This document shows positions 55,674-63,383 of a stretch of DNA of 64,000 nucleotides, piece by piece. The notes beneath the pieces are model-generated. The model ran no database searches and was not told where the DNA came from. It was given only the letters and a program-made list of their open reading frames with translations. This stretch comes from Geminicoccaceae bacterium (lineage in GTDB: Bacteria > Pseudomonadota > Alphaproteobacteria > Geminicoccales > Geminicoccaceae): contig DAIRDJ010000004.1 in assembly GCA_036796215.1 (NCBI GenBank), forward strand, positions 2,077 to 66,076. The letters run 5' to 3'. The translations under genes and the position numbers were made by a program. Within the stretch, counting starts at the first letter, position 1. Every line of letters begins with the position of its first letter.

Positions 55674-56926
55674 AGATCACCACGCTCGACAACGGCGTTC
55701 GCGTCGTCACCGAGACCATGCCCCGGGTCGAGACCGCGAGCTTCGGCGTCTGGGTCGATGCCGGCGCCCGCTTCGAGGCGCCCGAGGTCAACGGTGTCGC
55801 CCACATGCTGGAGCACATGGCGTTCAAGGGGACGGCCCGCCGCACGGCGCGCGGCATCGCCGAGGAGATCGAGGACGTCGGCGGCTCACTCAACGCCTAT
55901 ACCGGCCGCGAGCACACCGCCTACTACGCCCGGGTGCTCGCCGAGGACGTGCCCTTGGCCGCCGACATCATCGCCGACATTCTCCTGCACTCCACCTTCG
56001 ATGCCGAGGAGTACGAGAAGGAGCGCCACGTCATCCTGCAGGAGATCGGCGAGACCCTGGACACCCCGGCCGACCTCGTCTTCGACCATTTCCAGGAGGC
56101 GGCCTTCCCGAACCAGGCGATCGGCCGCTCCATCCTCGGCACCGAGGCGGTGATCGAAAAGCTGCCGCGGGAAGCGCTGCGGGCCTTCGTCGATGCGCAT
56201 TACGGGCCCGAGGCGCTGATCGTCGCGAGCTCGGGCAAGGTCACCCACGACGCCATCGTCGAGATCGCCCGAGCCCGCTTCGGGCACTTGCCGAAGAGCC
56301 CTCGGCCGTCAGCGGAGCCCTCACACTATACCGGCGGCGAGTGGCTGACCGGCCGCGAGCTCGAGCAGGTCCATCTCTGCCTCGGCCTCGAGGCGATGTC
56401 CTACAAGGACGACGACTTCATCCCGCTCCAGGTATTCTCGACCGCACTAGGCGGCGGCATGTCGTCCAGGCTCTTCCAGGAGGTCCGCGAGAACCGCGGC
56501 TTGTGCTACTCGATCTTCAGTTTTACCGGCCTGCACAAGGATTCTGGCCTCTTCGGCATCTATGCCGGGACCGGCGAGGAGGACGTGCCGGAGCTGATCC
56601 GGGTGATCGCGGGCGAGCTTTCGGGCCTCGCAGCCGGCATCGGCGAGGCAGAGTTGGCACGTGCCAAGGCGCAGCTCAAGGCGAGCCTCTTGATGGCGCA
56701 GGAGGGCTGCTTTTCGGTCTGCGAGGACCTGGCCAAGCAATGGCTCTGCTTCGGCGACTACCTGACCCCGGCAGAGATCGCGGCCAAGTACGCGGCCGTG
56801 ACGGCCGAGGACATCGCCCGGGTGGCCGGGCGGCTGTTGCGCGAGCCGAAGCCCACGGTGGCCGCGATCGGCCCGGCCAAGGGCCTGCCGGATGCCGGTA
56901 CTTGGACCAAGGCCCTGGCCGCCTGA
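55670..56926 (+). CDS. M16-family zinc peptidase (insulinase / processing-peptidase-like)
   Basis: ORF 55670..56926. HMLEHMAFKG inverted zincin motif. ATGA overlap with thrC. Confidence 0.9.
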   Translation: MKITTLDNGVRVVTETMPRVETASFGVWVDAGARFEAPEVNGVAHMLEHMAFKGTARRTARGIAEEIEDVGGSLNAYTGREHTAYYARVLAEDVPLAADIIADILLHSTFDAEEYEKERHVILQEIGETLDTPADLVFDHFQEAAFPNQAIGRSILGTEAVIEKLPREALRAFVDAHYGPEALIVASSGKVTHDAIVEIARARFGHLPKSPRPSAEPSHYTGGEWLTGRELEQVHLCLGLEAMSYKDDDFIPLQVFSTALGGGMSSRLFQEVRENRGLCYSIFSFTGLHKDSGLFGIYAGTGEEDVPELIRVIAGELSGLAAGIGEAELARAKAQLKASLLMAQEGCFSVCEDLAKQWLCFGDYLTPAEIAAKYAAVTAEDIARVAGRLLREPKPTVAAIGPAKGLPDAGTWTKALAA

Positions 56927-58095
56927 TGCGCATCACCGCCATCCACGAGACGGCAGCACCCATCAAGTCCACGATCGCCAACGCCTATATCGACTTCTCC
57001 CGGATGACCTGCTCGCTGGTCGCCGTGGTCACCGACGTGATCCGCGACGGCAAGCCGGTCACCGGCTTCGGCTTCAGCTCGAACGGCCGCTATGCGGCCG
57101 GGGCCATCATGCGTGAACGGATGATCCCGAGGCTGCTCGAGGCCCCGCAGGGCAGCCTGCTCGACCCAGCCACCGGCCTGCTCGACCCGTTCCGCTGCTG
57201 GGACGTGATGATGACCAACGAGAAGCCGGGCGGGCACGGCGAGCGGTCGGTCGCCGTTGGCACCATCGACATGGCGATCTGGGACGCGCTCGCCAAGATC
57301 GAGGGCGTCCCCCTCTGGCGCCTGCTCGCCGACCGCTACCGGGACGGCCGGGCCGATCCCGACGTCTGGGTCTATGCCGCGGGTGGCTACTACCAGCCGG
57401 AGAAGGGCATCGATGGCCTCGTCGACGAGGTGAAGTCCTATCGGGACATGGGCTATGTCGACTTCAAGCTGAAGATCGGCGGTGCGTCCCTTGCGGAGGA
57501 CCAAAAGCGCATCGCGGCCGTGATCGAGGTCGCGGGCGATCCCTCCCACGTCGCGGTCGATGCCAACGGCCGCTTCGACCTCGCGAGCGCTATCGCCTAC
57601 GCAAAGGCGCTCGAGCCCCTGGGCCTGCTCTGGTACGAGGAGGCCGGCGACCCTCTCGACTACGCGCTGCAGGCCGCCCTCGCCGAGCATTACGCCCCGC
57701 CCATGGCGACCGGCGAGAACCTTTTCTCCGCCATCGACGCCACCAACCTCGTCCGCTACGGGGGCTTGCGCCCCGACCGCGACTGGCTGCAGTTCGACTG
57801 CGCGCTTTCCTACGGCCTCTGCGAGTACACCCGCACGCTGGCCATGCTCGAGCAGCACGGCTGGTCCACCCGCCGCGTCGTCCCGCATGGCGGCCACCAG
57901 ATGTCGCTCAATATCGCCGCCGGCCTGCACCTCGGCGGCAACGAGAGCTACCCCGGCATCTTCCAACCCTTCGGCGGCTTCGCCGACGGCATCCGGGTCG
58001 AGAACGGCCGGGTGGCCCTGCCGGACGTGCCGGGGATCGGCATCGAAACGAAGGCCGGGCTCGATGCGCTCTGCAAGGAACTCGCGTCGGGATAG
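56926..58095 (+). CDS. Enolase-superfamily enzyme (mandelate racemase/muconate lactonizing family; acid-sugar dehydratase-like)
   Basis: Real part of ORF 55525..58095 from MRITAIHE (TGATG overlap). FKLKIGG, VDANG, WYEEAGDP, TGENLF metal-ligand pattern. Confidence 0.8.
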   Translation: MRITAIHETAAPIKSTIANAYIDFSRMTCSLVAVVTDVIRDGKPVTGFGFSSNGRYAAGAIMRERMIPRLLEAPQGSLLDPATGLLDPFRCWDVMMTNEKPGGHGERSVAVGTIDMAIWDALAKIEGVPLWRLLADRYRDGRADPDVWVYAAGGYYQPEKGIDGLVDEVKSYRDMGYVDFKLKIGGASLAEDQKRIAAVIEVAGDPSHVAVDANGRFDLASAIAYAKALEPLGLLWYEEAGDPLDYALQAALAEHYAPPMATGENLFSAIDATNLVRYGGLRPDRDWLQFDCALSYGLCEYTRTLAMLEQHGWSTRRVVPHGGHQMSLNIAAGLHLGGNESYPGIFQPFGGFADGIRVENGRVALPDVPGIGIETKAGLDALCKELASG

Positions 58096-58116
58096 GTAAA
58101 GGAAGCCAGAGAAGAG

Positions 58117-58139
58117 CCGGGGGAAATGATTTCCCCCGG
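58117..58139. repeat. 23-nt palindromic element, copy B (CCGGGGGAAAT-G-ATTTCCCCCGG)
   Basis: Perfect 11-nt arms, 22 nt after the enolase-family stop, followed by a GC run and TTTT. May act as a terminator hairpin. Confidence 0.5.
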
Positions 58140-58257
58140 GCCCCCTCGGATTTTGGCAGACACCATCAAGGGAGCGGCGATTGCGCTATCTGACCGATGG
58201 GCCGGCTGGCGTGTTCCTGTCACCGTGCCATTCTCTCTCAGGATGGAGAACGGGAAG

Positions 58258-58752
58258 ATGATCAGACCGACCCTCGCCGCCGCCCTCGCCATCGCATGCC
58301 TCGCCAACGATCCCGCCATGGCGGCGGATGGGCCGAAGCCGGAAGCCCTCATCGAGGATGCCCTGCGCGCCGCACCGCCGAGTATCCGCGACACGGCGAT
58401 CGTCTCGGACCTCGCCGGCAACATCCTGCGTGAGGGAAGCGGCGACTATCCCTGCTTTCCCGCACCCGACGTCATCGCGGGACCGATGTGCATGGATGGC
58501 GAATGGCTGAACTGGATGCAGGCCTGGATGCACGGGGAACCGTTCGCCGCATCCCGGGTCGGGATCTCCTACATGCTGGCCGGCGACTCGCCGGACGGCG
58601 GTGCGAGCAACATCGACCCCGCCGCCTCGACCCCAACGGCAGACAACGACCGGGTCGTCGAAGGCCCACACTTGATGGTGATCGTCCCCGATCCCGCCAC
58701 CCTGGCCGGCCTGCCGACCACCCTCGACACTGACGGCGCCTACGTCATGTGA
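58258..58752 (+). CDS. Secreted protein of unknown function
   Basis: ORF 58126..58752 trimmed to MIRPTLAAALAIACLA (ATG 58258, GGAGAA upstream). Signal peptide and conserved-looking Cys/Trp-rich core. Confidence 0.55.
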   Translation: MIRPTLAAALAIACLANDPAMAADGPKPEALIEDALRAAPPSIRDTAIVSDLAGNILREGSGDYPCFPAPDVIAGPMCMDGEWLNWMQAWMHGEPFAASRVGISYMLAGDSPDGGASNIDPAASTPTADNDRVVEGPHLMVIVPDPATLAGLPTTLDTDGAYVM

Positions 58753-58908
58753 TCCGGCACCCCCGACGCCCACATCATGATCCCGGTCGACGCCCGCCCG
58801 ATGCAACGGCCGGTCGCGGCGAAACGAGACGCGGACGCCGGCAACGATCCACCCGGCACGACGCCTGATTGTCCACCACATCGACCAAGACCAAGGTACC
58901 GCGGAGGG

Positions 58909-58931
58909 CCAGGGGACATCATGTCCCCCGG
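58909..58931. repeat. 23-nt palindromic element, copy C (CCAGGGGACAT-C-ATGTCCCCCGG)
   Basis: 11-nt arms with one mismatch. Same GGGGA..AT-S-AT..TCCCC architecture as copies A and B. Confidence 0.45.
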
Positions 58932-58953
58932 AATCCTTCCTGCCCGACCCGCG

Positions 58954-59329
58954 TCACGACGTGTCGATGCGGAAGCCTGCGAAGGCCTTGACCGTCGACA
59001 TGCTGAGCAGTGTTCACGTCTGGGCTATGCCGGGCAGCAGGCATAGTCGCTCCGGGCAGAGGCGCTCGTAGGCGGTGGTGCCGGCGGCGGCGACCCGGAT
59101 CAGATAGGCGAAGTCGCCGGAGATCAGGTAGCACTCGAGCAGTTCGTCCATCGCCTTGATCGCCCTTTCGCAGGCGGTGCGCTGCTCCTTGGACTGCCAC
59201 GCCGGCTAGATCTCCAAAAAGACCTGCATTCATCGACAGGCTCGGGTCGCGCTGCAGTGCGAAGCGTATCTTGCGATCCAGCCTGTCCAGCGGAAATTTT
59301 CTTGTAGCGGCGGGGAACTTTTTCGCCAA
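58954..59329 (-). pseudogene. Lrp/AsnC-family regulator remnant (internal deletion, frame change, in-frame TGA)
   Basis: The N-terminal frame reads FPLDRLDRKIRFALQRDPSLSMN (HTH start). A different frame reads ERAIKAMDELLECYLISGDFAYLIRVAAAGTTAYERLCPERLCLLPGIAQT*TLLSMSTVKAF (RAM/AsnC C-domain, TGA at 59014-59016). About 50 residues between the two parts are missing. Confidence 0.6.
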
Positions 59330-59439
59330 TCTTCAAAGATTCTAGCAAACTGCGGGAAGAAAACAGAGATTTCTCTTGTCAGGCGCGGCAAAAAGGTCGT
59401 GCCCCGGTGGCCGGGGAGGAAACGAAGGAGGTCGAAACC

Positions 59440-59874
59440 ATGTCGAACCGTTATGTCGTCGCCTATGACGGCAGTGCATCGGCCCGCCGGGCCGTCGATT
59501 ATGCGGTCGAACGTGCGAAACAGAGCGGTGCCGCAATCGTCTTGGCGCATGTGCTCGAGTGGTCGCCCTACAGTTTCTTGACGCCCGAAGAGCTCGAGGA
59601 ACGGCACAAGCGGCGGCGCGAGGAGATGGAGCGGGCGCGTACCGCCGTGGTCGGACCGCTCCTTGAGCAGCTCGCCAAGAGCAAGCTCGAGGTCACGGTC
59701 GAGATCCGCTACGGCAACATCACCGAGACATTGATCGCGCTGGCCAAGGAGGTCGATGCGGCGCAGATCATGATCGGGCGAACTGGCCAGTCGACAACGA
59801 TCGCCCGCCTGTTCGGTTCGGTCGCCGGCTCCCTCGCCCAGATTTCTCCGGTGCCCGTCACCATCGTCCCCTGA
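59440..59874 (+). CDS. Universal stress protein (UspA family)
   Basis: ORF 59407..59874 trimmed to MSNRYVVAYDGS (GAAGGAGG upstream). C-terminal GRTGQST...GSVAGSLAQISPVPVTIV ATP-binding-type motif. Confidence 0.8.
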   Translation: MSNRYVVAYDGSASARRAVDYAVERAKQSGAAIVLAHVLEWSPYSFLTPEELEERHKRRREEMERARTAVVGPLLEQLAKSKLEVTVEIRYGNITETLIALAKEVDAAQIMIGRTGQSTTIARLFGSVAGSLAQISPVPVTIVP

Positions 59875-59900
59875 CGCCAAACAATCAGAGCGAGACAACA

Positions 59901-61445
59901 ATGAAAAACTATCGCGTAATGGCGGTGGCCGTCCTGGCCGCCTGCATTCTTGCGGCCGCCTGGCCGGCCGCCGCCCAGACCTTCGCCGAGCAGGTCGATA
60001 CCACCTTTGCCGCATCGACCGGCTGGTTCGTCAGCCTGATCTTCGCCAACCTGCCGGGTACCGGCATCCCCTGGATCGTCGGCTGGCTGGTGATCGGCGC
60101 CTTCGTCTTCACCTTCTATTTCGGCTTTATCCAGTTTCGCGCGTTCGGCCACGCGATTGCTCTGGTCAGCGGCAAGTATTCCGATCCCAAGGACGCCGGC
60201 GAGGTCAGCCACTTCCAGGCGCTGGCCACGGCCCTTTCCGGCACGGTCGGGCTCGGCAACATCGCGGGCGTGGCGGTCGCCGTCAGCATCGGCGGGGCCG
60301 GCGCCACGTTCTGGATGATCCTCGCCGGCTTCCTGGGCATGGCGTCCAAGTTCACCGAGTGCACGCTGGGTGTGAAGTACAGGAACGAATACCCGGACGG
60401 CACGGTCTCGGGCGGGCCGATGTACTACCTGCAGAAGGGCTTCGCCGAGCTCGGCCTGCCGGGCGGCAAGATCATGGCGGTGATGTTCTCGATCTTCTGC
60501 GTGCTGGGTGCGCTCGGTGGCGGCAACATGTTCCAGGCCAACCAGGCGGCGAGCCAGATCAATGCGGTCACTGGAATTCCCACCTGGCTCACCGGCCTCG
60601 CCCTCGCGATCATCGTCTTCGTCGTCATCGTCGGTGGTATCAAGTCGATCGCCAGGGTGACCGAGAAGGTCGTACCCTTCATGGGGGTCGGCTACGTCCT
60701 CATCGCCATTGCCATTCTGATCGCCAACTACGAGTTGATCGGCTGGGCATTCGGCCAGATCATCGCCGGCGCTTTCACCGACATGGGGATCGTCGGCGGT
60801 GCTGTGGGCGCCATCATTCAGGGCTTCCGCCGGGCCGCCTTCTCCAACGAGGCGGGCATCGGCTCGGCGGCGATCGCCCATTCGGCGGTCCGGACCAAGG
60901 AGCCGATCACCGAGGGCTTCGTCTCGCTGCTCGAGCCCTTCATCGACACGGTCGTCATCTGCACGATGACGGCACTGGTGATCATCATCACCGGCCAATT
61001 GCTGATCGACGCCGAAACCGGCCGTTACATCCTCGACGAGGCCGGCCGCATCGCCAATGCCTCGGGTGCGGTGGGCGGCGTCGGCATCACCTCGGCGGCG
61101 ATGGGCTCGGCGTTCTCCTGGGCGCCGGCAGCGCTCTCTGTCGCCGTCGTGCTGTTCGCCTTTTCGACCATGATCAGCTGGTCGTATTACGGCATGAAGG
61201 CCTGGACCTACATGTTCGGCGAGGGGTACAAAAAGGAGCTCGTGTTCAAGCTCGCCTTTTGCGTCTTCGTCTTCATCGGGGCGGTGAGCAGCTTGAACGC
61301 GGTGCTCGATTTCTCTGATGCAGCACTCTTTACCATGGCGATCTTCAACATCATCGGTCTCTACTTCCTGATGCCGATCGTGAAGCGGGAGTTGAACAGC
61401 TACCTCGCCCGACTCGAGTCCGGCGAGATCAAGCCGTTCAAGTAG
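59901..61445 (+). CDS. Alanine/glycine:cation symporter (AGCS family)
   Basis: ORF 59901..61445. SHFQALATALSGTVGLGNIAGVAVA, GGPMYYL, FSNEAGIGSAAIAH are typical AGCS motifs. Confidence 0.9.
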   Translation: MKNYRVMAVAVLAACILAAAWPAAAQTFAEQVDTTFAASTGWFVSLIFANLPGTGIPWIVGWLVIGAFVFTFYFGFIQFRAFGHAIALVSGKYSDPKDAGEVSHFQALATALSGTVGLGNIAGVAVAVSIGGAGATFWMILAGFLGMASKFTECTLGVKYRNEYPDGTVSGGPMYYLQKGFAELGLPGGKIMAVMFSIFCVLGALGGGNMFQANQAASQINAVTGIPTWLTGLALAIIVFVVIVGGIKSIARVTEKVVPFMGVGYVLIAIAILIANYELIGWAFGQIIAGAFTDMGIVGGAVGAIIQGFRRAAFSNEAGIGSAAIAHSAVRTKEPITEGFVSLLEPFIDTVVICTMTALVIIITGQLLIDAETGRYILDEAGRIANASGAVGGVGITSAAMGSAFSWAPAALSVAVVLFAFSTMISWSYYGMKAWTYMFGEGYKKELVFKLAFCVFVFIGAVSSLNAVLDFSDAALFTMAIFNIIGLYFLMPIVKRELNSYLARLESGEIKPFK

Positions 61446-61466
61446 CGCCTGTCGAGCGCTCGATGC

Positions 61467-61496
61467 GCGGGCCGGTCGGACTGCCGACCGGCCCGC
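61467..61496. terminator. Bidirectional stem-loop between convergent genes (GCGGGCCGGTCGG-ACTG-CCGACCGGCCCGC)
   Basis: Perfect 13-bp GC-rich stem with a 4-nt loop, 21 nt after the AGCS stop and 44 nt before the convergent DUF1499 stop. No U-tract. Confidence 0.55.
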
Positions 61497-61539
61497 AGCC
61501 CTGCAGCTCTATCAGGCGGACGCTGCCGTGTCCGAACGG

Positions 61540-62031
61540 TCAGCTGCCGGCGGCAGCCTCGATGCGGGCGATCCAGTCCTCGAGGCGCGCCTGGTTGACA
61601 CCGAGATCGCTGTAGCCGAGCTCCGAGCGGGAGTAGGCGGCGAAGCTGCTCCGGCCTTCCGCCAGCGGGACGACCCGAACGGCGATGGTGTCGACAAAGC
61701 GCATCAGCCGCGTGCGCTGCTCGGCGTGAATGGTGAGCTGCGTCTCTTGCACCTGGAGCACCCGGGTCCGCGGGCTTGCCGACACCACTTCCTCCCAGAG
61801 CCGGAGCTGGTCGGCGGGGGCAACCTCGAGCACCGGGGCCACGCGGTCACTGGCGGCACTGCAATGGCCTTCCGGGCAGACGAGAAAGTCGTTGGGCCGG
61901 CCGGTCCGCTCGAGCGTCACCGGGTCGAGGGCCAGCCGTCCGGCGAGGGATGCCGCACCCAGGCCGCAAGCCGAGAGCAGGGTCACGAGCATGAACGCGG
62001 CAAGGGGGCGGCGACGACCATCACGGTGCAT
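61540..62031 (-). CDS. DUF1499-like lipoprotein
   Basis: ORF 61540..62031. Lipobox LLSAC, GRPNDFLVCPEGHC segment, FVDTIAVRV. Confidence 0.5.
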   Translation of the reverse strand: MHRDGRRRPLAAFMLVTLLSACGLGAASLAGRLALDPVTLERTGRPNDFLVCPEGHCSAASDRVAPVLEVAPADQLRLWEEVVSASPRTRVLQVQETQLTIHAEQRTRLMRFVDTIAVRVVPLAEGRSSFAAYSRSELGYSDLGVNQARLEDWIARIEAAAGS

Positions 62032-62176
62032 CGAGGCTCACGAGCTATGGAGGCGCAGTGCTGGAGATACGCCTTGCGCGCCGGGGGGGCAAGGCGGGGC
62101 CGGGGTCGCACCCGAGAGTTGGGCGATTGCCGCCGCCGGGCATGTCCGAAAAGCCTCGGAACTGGCCGGGCACCGG

Positions 62177-63079
62177 TCAGTGCGCGGTCGTCTCGCGGCT
62201 CTCGGCCGATCGCTGGCTGGCCGCCTCGCGCCGGTCGAGGCGGTAGAGCAGGAGGCCGCTGGTGACGATCACCGCTGCCCCGACAAGGGTCGCCGGGCTC
62301 GGTGGATCGCCGAGGACGAGAAAGCTCGCGAGCATCGCCCAGACCAGCTGGACATAGGTGAAGGGCGCCATTTTCGAGGCTTCGGCGCGCTGCAGGGCCA
62401 GGATCACGAGGAGGTGGCCGGCCGCACCGAGCGAGCCGATGACGACGAGGATCCCCCACTCGCCGAGGCTGAGCGGCTGCCAGTGGAAGGGGACCACGAG
62501 GCTGATCACGACGACGCCGACGAGCCCGCCATAGAGCAGCGAGACGAGCGGCTCGGCCTCGCGGACGATGCGCGTGGTGATCTGGTAGAACGCGTAGCAG
62601 CAGGCGCAGCCGAGGCAGAGGACGGCACCGAGACCGAAGCCGCCACCGCCCGGCTGGATGATGATCATGGCCCCGCTGAAGCCGAGGCCGATCAGCACCC
62701 AGCGCCAGGTGCCGACGCGCTCCTTCAAGAGCAGCACGGCAAGGAAGGCCACCAGGATCGGGGCGGTGAAGATGATCGCCGAGACGTCGGCGAGCGACAT
62801 CAGCGAGAGGGCCAGGAAGTTGGTCACGGTCGAGCCGAGCAGCAGCACCGACCGGCCGACCTGCACGACGATCTGGCCGCTGCGGAAGATGCCGAGGACG
62901 GTCTTGGGGAAGAGGAGGACGACGAAGGCGACGTGGAAGAAGTAGCGGCCCCAGGTGATCACCATCGTGTCCATGGTCGCGGTCATGGCTTTGACCATGG
63001 CGTTCATGATGACGAAGAGCACTCCGCTCGAGATCAGGAGCAGGACGGCGACGAGTGCCTGGCGCTGGGCCGGGCTCAT
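62177..63079 (-). CDS. DMT-superfamily (EamA-like) transporter
   Basis: ORF 62177..63286 trimmed to MSPAQRQALVAV (ATG 63079). Ten TM segments in two EamA-like halves. Confidence 0.8.
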   Translation of the reverse strand: MSPAQRQALVAVLLLISSGVLFVIMNAMVKAMTATMDTMVITWGRYFFHVAFVVLLFPKTVLGIFRSGQIVVQVGRSVLLLGSTVTNFLALSLMSLADVSAIIFTAPILVAFLAVLLLKERVGTWRWVLIGLGFSGAMIIIQPGGGGFGLGAVLCLGCACCYAFYQITTRIVREAEPLVSLLYGGLVGVVVISLVVPFHWQPLSLGEWGILVVIGSLGAAGHLLVILALQRAEASKMAPFTYVQLVWAMLASFLVLGDPPSPATLVGAAVIVTSGLLLYRLDRREAASQRSAESRETTAH

Positions 63080-63383
63080 GGTCGGCAGGAGGGGGCGAGG
63101 GGGGACATGTCGGCTGATCCGAGAGGCGACGGGCCAAAAGGGGTGAGGAGCACTGGCCCGGTCCTTGTCTATCGCCCCAATGGCCCGCGGGCGCAATCCG
63201 AGCCGCCTCGCGGGGTCCACCAGGGCGATGCGCCGAGATTGAATGTTGGCGCCGAACTCTCTACCGTAGGCTCTGATCGGGGCCACCCGGTCACGGGAGC
63301 ACCGGTCGAGGCTGGCGCTCGCCCACGTCCGCAGAGGCAGACGCCCGTTGCCGCACGATGGCCAAAGGACGGAAGTCGAGGGG

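Noticed and set aside
58126-58257. Upstream extension of the secreted-protein ORF (track start 58126, MISPGPPRILAD...)
   Set aside because: The ATG lies inside the 23-nt palindromic element B. The extension has no signal-like features, while ATG 58258 has an RBS and is followed by a canonical signal peptide.
5969-59016. Stop-codon reassignment (TGA or TAG read as sense) to explain in-frame stops at 6200, 58750 and 59014
   Set aside because: TGA and TAG serve as genuine stops for dozens of well-delimited genes here, including many ATGA start/stop overlaps. The lesions also co-occur with frameshifts and deletions, which fits pseudogenisation.
59340-59439. Glycine riboswitch upstream of the usp - alanine/glycine symporter operon
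   Set aside because: Only a weak resemblance (CTCTTGTCAGGCGCGGCAAAAAGG versus the CUCAGGCAAAAGG-type segment). The GGAGAG...CCGAAGG.GCAA core that I would expect is absent, and the region is too short for tandem aptamers.
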